Below, in pieces: positions 45,008-56,006 of a DNA stretch of 64,000 nucleotides (position 1 is its first letter; each line of letters starts with the position of its first letter). The position numbers were made by a program, and so were the translations under genes. The notes under the pieces were generated by a model. The model ran no database searches, was not told the DNA's origin, and saw nothing but the letters and a program-made list of their open reading frames with translations. The stretch comes from an uncultured Acidobacteriota bacterium (GTDB lineage Bacteria > Acidobacteriota > UBA6911): assembly GCA_963827655.1 (NCBI GenBank), contig CAWHCF010000008.1, positions 178,346 to 242,345 of the forward strand, written 5' to 3'.

Positions 45008-45951
45008 CTCTGCCTTCCCGGAGGAAGAGACCGGCTGGAATCGAAGTCTTGATCAGGCCATTCCGGAATCTTGCGGACTACGGCGGTTGTATAGGCATCC
45101 AGCGCGAAGTCTGGAGGGTCGAGGACATCGACATAGTTCCCATTGCCGCATTGCTGGCTATAAATCACTGTGGCGGTATCCTGCTGGGCGCGTACACCAA
45201 TTTGGGTGAAATGATCGGATTCGTCTGCAGCCTGCTGGGAATGGAGCATGGAGGGTTGATTCAGCATTCTCACATGCTCGCGGTCCGGGACGCGTATCGC
45301 AACGCCGACGTGGGATACAGGCTGAAGCTGGCCCAGAGGGAGGAGGCCCTGAAGCGAAAAATTCGCGTTATAGATTGGACCTTTGATCCGATGCAACCTC
45401 TCAATGCCTACTTCAACATGGGCAAGCTGGGCGCCTGCGCCAATACCTACGAAGAGAACTTCTACGGAGAGACAACCAGCGCTCTGCATCGAGGGCTCCC
45501 GACAGACCGGCTTGTGGCTCGCTGGGAGCTGGATTCCAAGCCGGTCGAGAAGCGGCTGGACGATGGCCCGCCCAGACGCGACTTACGCGCAGGGTTGAGG
45601 CAGTTCGAGGTCATTAACGCGCTCAGGGATGTCGCGCCAGGAATGGCCGCGACTTCTCCGGCCCGGTTGGACTGCGCGGCGGAGCAGTTTCTGTTTGAGG
45701 TTCCCTACAATCTTTCAGACATCAAGAATCGAGACCTCGAGGTTGCCGTGGAGTGGCAGGGAAGAATGAGGCAGGTCTTCGGCAACTATTTCAAGAAAGG
45801 CTATGCGGTCACCGACTTCTGGATTTCGAAGGACCGGGGCCACCTGCGAGCCTTCTATTTTCTGGATAGAAGAAGTCACTCGGACCGCGCCCGTCACACG
45901 AGCGAGCGGAGCCCGACAATTCGGCCGGCGCGATTCCCAATCCAACTCTGA
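45004..45951 (+). CDS. GNAT-superfamily acyltransferase (COG3375-like)
   Basis: HSHMLAV, LKLAQRE, WTFDP...NAYFN..KLGA, NFYG, GLPTDRL; overlaps namZ by GTGA. Confidence 0.85.
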   Translation: MTLPSRRKRPAGIEVLIRPFRNLADYGGCIGIQREVWRVEDIDIVPIAALLAINHCGGILLGAYTNLGEMIGFVCSLLGMEHGGLIQHSHMLAVRDAYRNADVGYRLKLAQREEALKRKIRVIDWTFDPMQPLNAYFNMGKLGACANTYEENFYGETTSALHRGLPTDRLVARWELDSKPVEKRLDDGPPRRDLRAGLRQFEVINALRDVAPGMAATSPARLDCAAEQFLFEVPYNLSDIKNRDLEVAVEWQGRMRQVFGNYFKKGYAVTDFWISKDRGHLRAFYFLDRRSHSDRARHTSERSPTIRPARFPIQL

Positions 45952-46039
45952 GGCGTTCCGGAGTCTGTGCCGACAGGCTCTTTGGAGTGCGCAAGCTTGC
46001 TCTTAACCTTACACGCATCTCATCGGTCTCGGCGATTTC

Positions 46040-46242
46040 GCCCCGGAGGGGGCGACGGAAATTAGCCCCGGGCAAGCGAAGCGCAGCCCGGGGTTAGAGG
46101 TTTATAGTTTGTGCGCCCTGAAGGGGCGTCGGAGCATTGAGGGCCGTGTCCAGCGCCCCTCCGGGGCGCGTCTCTTCGCCTGTCTGTGACCGGGGGCAGC
46201 GCTCCGCTTGCCCCCGGCTAATTTCCTTCGCCCTTTCAGGGC
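46040..46242. repeat. REPIN-like long imperfect palindrome
   Basis: Four GCCCYGRAGGGGCG-type units; GGAAATTAGCC..GGGCAAGCG pairs with CGCTTGCCC..GGCTAATTTCC. Confidence 0.75.
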
Positions 46243-46624
46243 GCGAGCTGGCGTAACCGTTCGAGCATGTTGCTTTCCTTCCGAAACACTCTGGTGCCGT
46301 GAGTCGTTGTTCGTCCGGCATTCTTTCCTGCTTCGCGCCACTGGCGGCGCGTTGACATTACGTTGGGCCGGATTATGCATTGGACTTCTTGGCCGCCGGG
46401 CTTTATATTTCGGCCATCCATGACGATTGGTGATCCGTTCTCACTTGGAGGTCCGAGAATCTGGCGGTCTTCCCTCTGCGGTTACTCGTCAGGTGTCGCA
46501 CTGAATTAAAGCGAGCGAAAAGCGCACACAAAGTGGTAAAGGCCGCCCGCTTCGACATGGAAATTACCAGAACGATAGCCGTTGACTCGTTGGCAGTTTT
46601 TCCAATTGTGAAAGGAAAGGATGC

Positions 46625-49600
46625 ATGAAGATTTACCGATGCTTCATTGTAATCGCGACGCTGTCTCTGTTTGCTAGGATGCAGGTTCAGGCTCAAGCCA
46701 CCTTCGGCACCATAACCGGTATCGTCACGGACAGCACCGGGGCGGTAGTCCCTGGTATCGCGGTCAAGATCTTGGGTCAGGAGACAGGCATCACCCGAGA
46801 GGTGGTCACCAATGAGTCGGGTATCTATGAAGCCACACACCTCAATCCGGGTCGCTACACGGTCTCCACGCAATCGGCGGGCTTCAAGAGGTTTGAGCAT
46901 CGAGACGTTCTGGTGGAAGCGCTGCGGACGGTGCGAATCAACATTCCCCTGGAAGTAGGCGATATGTCGGCGGAGATCACCGTGGACGCCCAAACGCCAG
47001 TCGTCGAGACGGAGGCCTCAACTATTTCAGACCTGAAGGGCGTTCAGCAGTTGCGAGATATGCCCTTGAACATCCTGAACGGCGTGATTCTGAACTCGTT
47101 CTTGTTTTCAACTCCGACCGGTTATCAGTCGGCCGGATCGAAGTTCTCGCTCGGCGGCGCCCGCGGCACTCAGCTTCACTACAACATCGACGGAATCAGC
47201 GCCAACTCTCCGGCTTTCGGTGTCCAGAATTCGCCCGCTGAGCCTACCCTCGAATCCATCCAGGAGATGCGCTTCGACATCGTCAATAATCGGGCGGAAT
47301 TTGGTGAAGTCACCAATGTGACCGCGATCACCAAGTCGGGCGGCAATACGCTGCATGGCACGTTGTTCTGGTTGAACGGGATCAACCAGTACAATGCAAA
47401 ACCGTTTTTTGCGACCCAGAAAGGGCAGAATATCAACAACGACGGGGGGGTTACCATCGGCGGGCCGATTATCAAAAACAAGACGTTTTTCTTCGGCAGC
47501 TATGAGGCTTTTCGCCAGCGTATTCCGGTGAATCAAGCCCCTAATCTGCCGACTGTGAAGATGCGCCGGGGAGATTTCTCTGATCTACTGAATCTGTCGA
47601 CGCCGATAGTAATCAGGAATCCTTACACAGCTTCAGCGGCGACACGAACGGTACTCCCTTTCCGGGAAATATCATCCCACCGGAATGTTCAATTCAACCT
47701 CAGTGAAGTGGCAGGAACGGTTCTTCCCGCCCCCGAACTACGGCCCTCGCGGATTCGACTGTCGGGGAATTTCCGCGGAACCTTTCCCCAACAGGTTCAA
47801 GAAGATTCATTTGATATCCGGGTCGATCATTACTTTTCAGGGGCAAACAAGCTCTATGCCAAATATGGTTACAAGCGGCTGGACAATCAAATGATCGATG
47901 CGGGAGTGCCCCCCGAATATGGCGGAACCCGGGTCAATGTGCGGGAAGGCTGGGTGGCGATGATCTCCGATACGTGGACCGTCTCGCCCCAGTTTATTAA
48001 CGAATTCAAAGTCGGCTTCGCGCGCGGCTTCAATCCGCGGGAAGGATCATTGGGCGGCCAGGAGTTGATCGATTATTTGGGTATTCAGGGCTTGCCTCAG
48101 GTATCGGAAGACGTGAACAATATTCCTACCGTCAATATCACCGGTTTCCAAACGATCGTCCAGGTTGCAAAAGCGCAGCCGGCCGAGAATACCTTTCAGC
48201 TGATTGACCAGGTCACCTTCATCAAAGGACGGCACACGATCAAGGCAGGCGGCGAGTACCGGCCGCAACAGTTCAACGAGTATGTCAGCCCCATGTTTGG
48301 AGGCTACAACTTCACGAATCGCTTTAGCGGACATGCCTACTCCGATTTTCTCCTGGGTCTGCCCAATACGACCTCGAGAACCTATGCGCGCGACTCGCAA
48401 GCCGGCCGAACCTGGTTCCTGAGCGGTTTCGTCCAGGACGATTTCAAACTCTCGCAGCGGTTGACTCTCAATTATGGTCTCCGTTACGAGTTCAACCATC
48501 CGGCTGTCGATACCTTTGACACCGTGGCTAACTTCGATCCTCAGAGCGGCAGTCTGGTGGTTCCAACGGAAGAGATCCGGCGCGAAAAGGTCAATCCTTT
48601 GTTCCCTTCGACCATCCCGATCATTACGGCTGAACAGGCCGGACTTCCGACTCGATCATTGCGCGACTCGGACAAGAACAACTTCCAGCCTCGAATCGGG
48701 TTCGCCCTGCGGCCGTTTGATAACACCAGCACCGTGATTCGCGGCGGCTACGGCATTTTTTATGACGATTTGACTTTGGATCTTTTCAGTGAGCTGTGGG
48801 GTGGTCCGTTTGCTGTTAATGAATCCTTCACCAATGCCGTTGTAGGTGGGAATCCGCTGCTGACCTTCACAAACCCGTTCCTTGGGTCAGGGACGGTCCC
48901 CGCCGTCAATGCTACGGGAATCGATCGAGATCTCGTGAATCCATACGTGCAGCAGTGGAATCTCACCTTTGAAAGAGAGATCGGATTCAACAGCGGAGTT
49001 CGTTTGTCCTACATCGGCACGAAAGCCACCGACCTGATCTATGGACGTAACATCAACCAACCGCCGGCCAGCGCGCTGGCTTTTTCTCAAGGCCGGCGTC
49101 CGTACCCGCTTTATCAAAATATTACCTTGCGCGACAATGGCGGCAACCAGATCTATCACGCGTTGTCGACCGAGGTTGAGCGCCGGTGGGAGCGAGGTCT
49201 CGCTTTTCAGTTCGCCTGGACCTGGGCCAAGAATCTGGCAGATGTCGACGAGGCTACCGGCAGAACGGAAGGGGGACCTACTCTGGAGGATGCCTTCAAT
49301 CGTTCACGTGAACGGGGCGATGTGCAGTTCAACCCCCGGCAACGCTTTCTCTCAAATATAGTCTGGGAACTGCCATTCGGTGCAGGGCGGCGGTTCCTCA
49401 ATCAAACCGGTGTCGTGGATTGGGTTCTGGGCGGATGGCAATTGAGCGGCATATACAACTATCAAACCGGCGAGTTCTTGACCCCTACATTCGCCGGATC
49501 TGATCCTTCCAATACCCAGGTTTTTGGCGGCGTGCCGGACCGAATTGCTAACGGCAACTTGCCCGACGGCCAGCGGTCCATTGATCGTTGGTTTGACGCG

Positions 49601-49891
49601 TCTGCTTTTGCAGTACCACCCAATGGACGATTTGGCAATACCGGACGGGGGATCATCATCGGTCCCAATCGGCAGGCCATGAATCTGGGCGCTTTCAAGA
49701 GCTTCAGAATCAATGAAAGAGCTTCGGTGCGGTTTCAGGCCACATTTACCAACGTCCTCAACCATCCTAGCTTCGGCAATCCCAATCTCAGCATCTCGGC
49801 GCCGACAGCGGTCGGAACTATCAGGAGTACTCAAACCCGGGATTCCAGCGATGCCCGCCAAGGTCTGATTGGAATTCGAATCGATTTCTAG
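46625..49891 (+). CDS. TonB-dependent receptor (Oar-like); compensating indels near 47630-47760
   Basis: GIVTDSTGA, ITKSGGN, FVQDDFK, DKNNFQPRIG, terminal GIRIDF; expected FFPPPN segment sits in another frame. Confidence 0.92.
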   Translation: MKIYRCFIVIATLSLFARMQVQAQATFGTITGIVTDSTGAVVPGIAVKILGQETGITREVVTNESGIYEATHLNPGRYTVSTQSAGFKRFEHRDVLVEALRTVRINIPLEVGDMSAEITVDAQTPVVETEASTISDLKGVQQLRDMPLNILNGVILNSFLFSTPTGYQSAGSKFSLGGARGTQLHYNIDGISANSPAFGVQNSPAEPTLESIQEMRFDIVNNRAEFGEVTNVTAITKSGGNTLHGTLFWLNGINQYNAKPFFATQKGQNINNDGGVTIGGPIIKNKTFFFGSYEAFRQRIPVNQAPNLPTVKMRRGDFSDLLNLSTPIVIRNPYTASAATRTVLPFREISSHRNVQFNLSEVAGTVLPAPELRPSRIRLSGNFRGTFPQQVQEDSFDIRVDHYFSGANKLYAKYGYKRLDNQMIDAGVPPEYGGTRVNVREGWVAMISDTWTVSPQFINEFKVGFARGFNPREGSLGGQELIDYLGIQGLPQVSEDVNNIPTVNITGFQTIVQVAKAQPAENTFQLIDQVTFIKGRHTIKAGGEYRPQQFNEYVSPMFGGYNFTNRFSGHAYSDFLLGLPNTTSRTYARDSQAGRTWFLSGFVQDDFKLSQRLTLNYGLRYEFNHPAVDTFDTVANFDPQSGSLVVPTEEIRREKVNPLFPSTIPIITAEQAGLPTRSLRDSDKNNFQPRIGFALRPFDNTSTVIRGGYGIFYDDLTLDLFSELWGGPFAVNESFTNAVVGGNPLLTFTNPFLGSGTVPAVNATGIDRDLVNPYVQQWNLTFEREIGFNSGVRLSYIGTKATDLIYGRNINQPPASALAFSQGRRPYPLYQNITLRDNGGNQIYHALSTEVERRWERGLAFQFAWTWAKNLADVDEATGRTEGGPTLEDAFNRSRERGDVQFNPRQRFLSNIVWELPFGAGRRFLNQTGVVDWVLGGWQLSGIYNYQTGEFLTPTFAGSDPSNTQVFGGVPDRIANGNLPDGQRSIDRWFDASAFAVPPNGRFGNTGRGIIIGPNRQAMNLGAFKSFRINERASVRFQATFTNVLNHPSFGNPNLSISAPTAVGTIRSTQTRDSSDARQGLIGIRIDF

Positions 49892-49984
49892 GTCGGGGTA
49901 AGAGGGAGTGAAACGAATGTCTCAGGATATCCCAACCCTGATCCAAAAACTTGATCTGACGCTTATCCGGAGGCATGAGAATCC

Positions 49985-51562
49985 TTGATGGAAACATGTT
50001 CTGACAGGCGGGAATTTCTCAAATCAATTGGAAAGGCGGCGGCGCTCGGCACTCTGGGCGCCCTTGCGCCTGCGGATACCTTACGGGCTGCGGCCGACAA
50101 GCCATACCTTTCCGCCGCCCAAACCTTTTTGGACACCATCATTGAGAAGGGAACGGACCGCTACGGTAAAAAGCAGACGCCGGTCTTCTGCCTGGCGCTG
50201 GATCCGGAAACACACGCCCCACCCAAACCGCCGGCCAAAATCGATTGGCAATACGCCCGCTCATTCGAGTTTCTGTACCGCGACTTCGGATACTACTGGA
50301 AGAGCCATCTTCACGGGTCCGGCCTGATTTACGACCAGGGGACCATGCGCGCGTTGTATGCGCTGACCAGCGCGACGGGTAAACCCCAGTACGCGAAGGC
50401 GGCGGATGCTTACCTCAATTTCTTTCTGGAAAACATGGTCAGCCAGCAAACCGGCATGTTTGGATGGGGTGAGCATATTTTCTACAACGTCTTCGTGGAT
50501 TACATCATCGGCGGCGGTTTCACGGTCAGGGGCAACAGGAACTTTCTGTTCGCTCATGAACTGGAGCGCTGGACAACCATCTATGATCTCATGTGGGATA
50601 AGTCGCCGGAGAAAACCATCGCGGAGATCGAGGCCATTTACGAGTACAAGATCATCGATTACGAAACATTCACCAATAACCGCCATTCCGACTACTACTC
50701 CGGGCGCCGGACCGGAGATGTGCTCACTTTTGTCAAACACTCCGGACTCTTTGCTCATGCGTTCGCATTCCTGCATTCCAAGACGAGTGAGTCGAAATAT
50801 CTGCAGTGGGCCCGGAAGATGGCTGACCTGTTTTGGAATCAACGCGATCCCCAAACCAATCTGGTCAGAAGCTCCATTGAACGCAAGGACGAACCTCCCG
50901 CCGCAGGTGAAATGGCCCTGGCATCGCTCTTTCTGCTGCGAGCCTACCAGTGGCATCCGGATTCAGTCTTTGCCGAGCGGGCTGTCGCCTACGTCAAAGC
51001 GTACCAAAAGCATTTTCAAGCTGATGAGGCCGGGAGATTTCGCGAATCGGTTGATGGCGGCGGAAAAGATCTAAAACCGGGCCAGTATGCGGAATACTGG
51101 GAAGCGCCGATTCGCCAGGCCAAAGCCGCCGTGCTGGCCTATTCTTTGACGAAAGACTCGACCACCCTGGAACTGGCGGATAGAGTAATCATGCGTCTCA
51201 CGCCGGAGATGGGATTTAACACCATTATCATCAGGTCGTTGGTTTCAGACGAGGTTGAAGCCCGCTCATGCGCACTGAGCACGGCCATCGATCTTTACGA
51301 GGTGACCGGAGAAAAAAAATATCTGGATAAGGCAATGACATTAGCTGATGACGCCGTCCGGAGATTCCTCTACCGCGGACTCTTTGTCAGCAGCATGCAA
51401 TTGTATCCCGAGGGCGACAAGAGCGTGCGCGCGAGAGTCTATGATGCTCGCTCGGGAGCGGGCTGGCTGGCCTTGAACCTGATTCGCCTGCAACGAGACC
51501 TCGATGCGACACAGGCTGGGCGATTCAAGAAATTCGACAAACTCGAGCGGATTTACGACTGA
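49985..51562 (+). CDS. TAT-exported alpha/alpha-barrel protein (possibly PL2 pectate lyase-like)
   Basis: DRREFLK TAT motif; DRYG, DQ...RAL..L...TG...Y..AA, GMFGWGEH. Confidence 0.6.
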   Translation: MMETCSDRREFLKSIGKAAALGTLGALAPADTLRAAADKPYLSAAQTFLDTIIEKGTDRYGKKQTPVFCLALDPETHAPPKPPAKIDWQYARSFEFLYRDFGYYWKSHLHGSGLIYDQGTMRALYALTSATGKPQYAKAADAYLNFFLENMVSQQTGMFGWGEHIFYNVFVDYIIGGGFTVRGNRNFLFAHELERWTTIYDLMWDKSPEKTIAEIEAIYEYKIIDYETFTNNRHSDYYSGRRTGDVLTFVKHSGLFAHAFAFLHSKTSESKYLQWARKMADLFWNQRDPQTNLVRSSIERKDEPPAAGEMALASLFLLRAYQWHPDSVFAERAVAYVKAYQKHFQADEAGRFRESVDGGGKDLKPGQYAEYWEAPIRQAKAAVLAYSLTKDSTTLELADRVIMRLTPEMGFNTIIIRSLVSDEVEARSCALSTAIDLYEVTGEKKYLDKAMTLADDAVRRFLYRGLFVSSMQLYPEGDKSVRARVYDARSGAGWLALNLIRLQRDLDATQAGRFKKFDKLERIYD

Positions 51563-51585
51563 TATGAACAAAAGATTCTTGGTGT

Positions 51586-51657
51586 TTCTTCGTGTCTTTG
51601 AGCCTTAGTGGTATTTGTTAGAGAGCTCTAACCACAAAGTCACGAAGACACGAAGAA
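51586..51657. repeat. REP-like inverted pair (CTTCGTGTCTT / ACGAAGACACGAAG)
   Basis: TTCTTCGTGTCTTTGAGCCTTAGTGGT ... ACCACAAAGTCACGAAGACACGAAGAA. Confidence 0.7.
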
Positions 51658-51699
51658 CCACTTCCATCCGCAATTGGAAACGGAAATAGGAGTGACGCC

Positions 51700-53004
51700 T
51701 TGACAAGCAATGACCAGGATCTGGGCCAACCAGATCGGCAAAACCGCGCTGACCGGGGCAATTTGACGCGCCGGAGTTTCGTGAGCGGCTCGTTGGCAGC
51801 CATAGCGACAACAACCGTCGCGCTGCCCAGATCCGCGGCCGCTGCGTCTGCCAGTCGAGTGATCTCTGACGTGGAGCATATCAAGCTTCATGGGGATCCG
51901 AATACCTACTGTGGCCACCCGCGTCAATGCGGGTTGTACAATTTCGGACGGGGGGAGATTGTGGTGATGCACAATCACGCCCCTAGCCTTTATCAGGTTC
52001 GCAGAGACATACAGCACGACTTCGCCGGTTATCACAGCCGGGCAGTCGTATTACTGCAGCGTTCGACCGACGGGGGACGTACCTGGCCCGGGGAAAATGA
52101 CATTGAAGTTTGGAACGAAGCAGCTCCACAGGAGCAGCGTGAGAAATTCTTGCTTTCCGCTCTGACCTCGCCCCGTGAATCCGTTGATCTTTCCAGGCCG
52201 GAGTCGATGATTCTTTTCCCACGCACGTTTCTGGGACCGAATCGATATGGCGCTCCTCAGATGGTCGCCTTTGCCCTGCGATCGGCGGACAAAGGAAAGA
52301 CTTGGGAGCGGACTCCCACTCTGGTGCTGCCGCCCCCAGGGTGTCACAGCGCTGCTCCGGATAATACTCCGATCGTGCGAATGCCCGATGGCACCTGGCT
52401 TTTCCCGAATCGCGTGTATGGGGGAAAAGTGGGGGTCAGCCTCTATGCCTCGACCGACAATGGCCTGTCCTGGCAGTTTCGCACTCACGTCTGCGAGCCG
52501 GCGGGATATCCAGCGCTGCTTCTGCTGAAGAGCGGTCGCTTGCAATGCTACAACTACCCGCTGGGGATGAGTTACTCCGACGACGGGGGGAAAACCTGGA
52601 GTCAGCGCAAGGTTATTGTTCCGCCCGATCCTTCACCATGGGCGGCGAGCGATCCGGTTTATCATGAAGAGCTCGCTCATCGCTCGCCGGCTCCCATCTT
52701 GCTCCGGGACGGACGGATTTTGATTCTGTTCGCCCGACGACTGTCTCCTCGCATGGGTATCGGAGGAATCATCAGCGAGGACGGAGGCGCGACCTGGAGC
52801 CCCGACTTCATTCTCCGTGACGATGCCGATCCCTCGAACACGTCCATGGTCCGAAGTCAACGTCATGACTATTCGGATATCGGCTATCCTCTGATGACGG
52901 AACTCGAAGATGGCCGGATCTTCACCGCCTACTACTTTCTGAAGAAGGATGGGAATGGTTTTGGTGGCTCGCGCTTCATTGCGGGAAGCTTTTTCCGGAT
53001 TTAG
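51700..53004 (+). CDS. TAT-exported BNR/Asp-box (sialidase-like) protein
   Basis: TRRSFV TAT motif; five Asp-boxes (STDGGRTW, SADKGKTW, STDNGLSW, SDDGGKTW, SEDGGATW); DIGYP. Confidence 0.85.
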   Translation: MTSNDQDLGQPDRQNRADRGNLTRRSFVSGSLAAIATTTVALPRSAAAASASRVISDVEHIKLHGDPNTYCGHPRQCGLYNFGRGEIVVMHNHAPSLYQVRRDIQHDFAGYHSRAVVLLQRSTDGGRTWPGENDIEVWNEAAPQEQREKFLLSALTSPRESVDLSRPESMILFPRTFLGPNRYGAPQMVAFALRSADKGKTWERTPTLVLPPPGCHSAAPDNTPIVRMPDGTWLFPNRVYGGKVGVSLYASTDNGLSWQFRTHVCEPAGYPALLLLKSGRLQCYNYPLGMSYSDDGGKTWSQRKVIVPPDPSPWAASDPVYHEELAHRSPAPILLRDGRILILFARRLSPRMGIGGIISEDGGATWSPDFILRDDADPSNTSMVRSQRHDYSDIGYPLMTELEDGRIFTAYYFLKKDGNGFGGSRFIAGSFFRI

Positions 53005-53096
53005 TGGAAGAGCACAGTTATTCTCAGCATGGCCTACAACCTGATGGCTGCCGCGCAAGTGGCACGCGCGCATGGAAATCCGGCAGGGGTGGAGGC

Positions 53097-55082
53097 TCAG
53101 GCGTGCTTGCCCTGGGTCGCGGCGGCTTGAGCTGGTTTCGGGACGCCTTGCAACGGTAGAGACACCACAAAGGTTGTGCCCTTGCCGACTTCACTCTGAA
53201 CCGAGATGGTTCCGCGATGATCCTCAATAATGCGAGCGGAGATCGACAATCCCAGACCGGTTCCAACTCCCACTCCCTTGGTAGTGAATCCGGGGTCGAA
53301 GATCTTCTCGAGATTCTCGGCTTTAATCCCGGAACCAGAATCGGCGATGGCGACGCGAACCTGCGGACCCTCCACACCAGTCTGAATACGAATCTCGCCC
53401 TTTCCCGTGATGGACTGAATCGCATTGAGCAACAGGTTCATGAATACCTGGTTGAGCCGATTCGGATAGCAGGGAACCAGCGGTAACTCGGAAAGCTCCT
53501 TGACCACCTGGATGCGATCGCGCAGCTCGTGCTGCAGGAGCGAGAGAGTGCTGTCGATGTTCTCGTTGAGATTCACTTCCTTGAAGTCGGCTTCGTCCAG
53601 CCGGGCGAAGTTCCTCAAGTCGCGCACGATCCGCATGATCCGAGCACATGCCAGCTGATTCACTTCCGTCAGCGAATCGAGAGTGGCAAACAGCATTTGA
53701 GATTTTTGGCCCGGACCGTCTGGTAGATTCCTCAACTCCTCTTGCAGAATCTTGAGTGCCCGGACCGTGACATCGAAATTACTGTTGATCGCTCCGAGAG
53801 GCGAGTTGATCTCGTGGGCGACGCCGGCCACCAACTGCCCCATGGCCGCCATCTTGGCCGATTGGACCAGCTGCGACTGGGCTTCCTTGAGCTCCCGGTT
53901 CTTACGTTCCAATTCCTGAAAGTCGAGGAACCGGGCATAGGCGACCGATATGGCCTGCGCCATTTGCTGAAGCACTTTCTCGTCCGCATCGGTGAGATCT
54001 TCGGCATGACGTGCAGTCAAGGCGATCAACCCGTGCGAAAACGGAACGTCCAGCAGACATCGCGGATAGAAGTCGATGGGCGAGACTTGAAAACCCATGG
54101 TCTGCTGGGAACGCTCTGCAACCCGAGTCAGTTCCTCTCCTTCGAGCACCCGCCGCAGAACAGTCTTGGTTTTGAAGGCGTTCATCGCGACCGGTGAGGG
54201 CACGCGTCCGGGTTCCATGACTTGTTCAACGCCGTAAAAATCCGTTTCGTCGTCGATCGGCTGCGACGGAAGCGTAGGTTTGAATTTTTCCCGAACTAAC
54301 GCGGGCAAGATAATGTGCTGGCGAAAACGCTGGGCTTCCTCGTCAATGATGTTAATGGCGCAACCGCTGAACTTCATCCCCAGCGCAAGCAGTTCCTTGC
54401 GCATTACATTCAAGGTTCTGCGCCAATCTACAGACTTCTCCATCGCCAGGACCTCGGCGTGAACCCGATCGATAGCCAGGCCGATTTTCAGCTCCTGGTT
54501 CTGCTGCTCGAGTTTCCTGAGGTCTTCGTAGCGCGCATAGCCGAACGACAAGATCTGGCCGAACCTTTGGATGATTCCCATCGCTTCATCGTCGAAAGGC
54601 TGGTCCAGCTTTCTCGCGAGTGTGAGGGTGCCGCGATTGAATGGCACCTCGAGTATGGAATACAACTCTTCAGAGCTGCCGGGAACGGGTCCGATGACCG
54701 GGATGCCCAGACCCTGGATCCGGCTAATCCACTCGGTTAGCTCGCGGGTGCGCATGGTGAACCGATAGAACTTACCTTGCTTGAGGTCCTTCAGGGCTTC
54801 ATCCAGGCTGGGCAAGCCTTCATACTGAAGGGAGCAAGAGAAAGGAATTCCTTGGGCCACGAGCAACCCGGCCGCATGGACGCCATAAAAGTCCAGGGTC
54901 TTGTTGGTTTCGTGAATGATGTTGATGCCGCAGTACTCTACGTTGAGGCCGAGCGCTTGAAGTTCAACCCACAACGTTACGACCAGCCGTTCCAGATCGT
55001 CGACACTCTGCATCGTGAGGATGGCGGAGGAGAACTGGGTGACGGCGCCATGGATTTGCTCGTTGGAGATTCTGGTCATCAT
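53097..55082 (-). CDS. Cytoplasmic sensor histidine kinase with two GAF-like repeats
   Basis: [11 protein letters not shown]-box, [27 protein letters not shown]; no TM. Confidence 0.92.
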   Translation of the reverse strand: MMTRISNEQIHGAVTQFSSAILTMQSVDDLERLVVTLWVELQALGLNVEYCGINIIHETNKTLDFYGVHAAGLLVAQGIPFSCSLQYEGLPSLDEALKDLKQGKFYRFTMRTRELTEWISRIQGLGIPVIGPVPGSSEELYSILEVPFNRGTLTLARKLDQPFDDEAMGIIQRFGQILSFGYARYEDLRKLEQQNQELKIGLAIDRVHAEVLAMEKSVDWRRTLNVMRKELLALGMKFSGCAINIIDEEAQRFRQHIILPALVREKFKPTLPSQPIDDETDFYGVEQVMEPGRVPSPVAMNAFKTKTVLRRVLEGEELTRVAERSQQTMGFQVSPIDFYPRCLLDVPFSHGLIALTARHAEDLTDADEKVLQQMAQAISVAYARFLDFQELERKNRELKEAQSQLVQSAKMAAMGQLVAGVAHEINSPLGAINSNFDVTVRALKILQEELRNLPDGPGQKSQMLFATLDSLTEVNQLACARIMRIVRDLRNFARLDEADFKEVNLNENIDSTLSLLQHELRDRIQVVKELSELPLVPCYPNRLNQVFMNLLLNAIQSITGKGEIRIQTGVEGPQVRVAIADSGSGIKAENLEKIFDPGFTTKGVGVGTGLGLSISARIIEDHRGTISVQSEVGKGTTFVVSLPLQGVPKPAQAAATQGKHA

Positions 55083-55601
55083 GAAACCCCTAAACGGAAT
55101 GGCCCACGACGCGAGGAGGCTCGCAGTCTATCGCTGAAGAGAGTTTTGAAGCCGGTGGGTGTAAGGGTGCCGTGCCCCGATTGACTTGCTCGGCGTGACT
55201 CCGAAAGGTCGGACTTCATGTTACGGCTCCTTTTCCCGTAAAGGCTTGAGGAAAATTCTACCGCAAATGGGGAGGGGATGAATTGTTTTTGAGGGATAGA
55301 ATAAGAGCACAAGCCGGACGGCTATTTTGGTGGGACCGACGCCCACCTCCGTCGATTGGGAGAGGGTACAGGATGGGTAATCAAACGCTTCAATCGGGCG
55401 TGATTGTGGTGACCCCGCGCGGCCGCCGATGTCGGTCGCCGATTCGTCTCCCGACTGCTACCCGCGGACGCCGTTGACCGTGCGATAGGCGGCAACTCAG
55501 ACTCCGCCGTTCGCGGAGTGGTGGTCGACGTCGTACGCGCTTGACTTGTTTGTGACGGACACCTTTGACTTGTGTCTGACCATGCTGCCTGGAGGTGAGC
55601 A

Positions 55602-56006
55602 GTGACGATTCGCTTAGACCACACCATCGTGCCGGCGAAAGACAAGGTTGCGTCAGCCGAGTTCTTCGCTGAAATCTTCGGCTTGACGGTCAAGTTGGGC
55701 CACTTCGCGCAGGTGCAAATCAACGAGAGCCTGACCTTTGACTTCGCCGACGAGCCGGAACCATGGGGAGGACCTGGTTTCGACCCCAGGACGGGGCAGG
55801 GCCATCACTACGCCTTCCACGTCAGCGATGCAGAGTTCGAGGCGATTTTCGGCCGGGTGAAGGCCAGGGGCCTTCCTTACGGCAGCGGGCCTTACGAGCA
55901 CAGCGACGGCCAGATCTACACCCGCCGGGGCGGGCGTGGCTTCTACTTCGAGGACCCTTATGGCCACCTGCTGGAAGTAATGACAGTGCCTGAGACGGGG
56001 ACCTAA
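55602..56006 (+). CDS. VOC/glyoxalase family protein
   Basis: LDHTIV, HYAFHV, GRGFYFEDPYGHLLE; GGAGG RBS. Confidence 0.92.
   Translation: MTIRLDHTIVPAKDKVASAEFFAEIFGLTVKLGHFAQVQINESLTFDFADEPEPWGGPGFDPRTGQGHHYAFHVSDAEFEAIFGRVKARGLPYGSGPYEHSDGQIYTRRGGRGFYFEDPYGHLLEVMTVPETGT

Noticed and set aside
46040-46242. CRISPR array
   Set aside because: Units are inverted and irregular with no constant repeat-spacer period; no cas genes in the window
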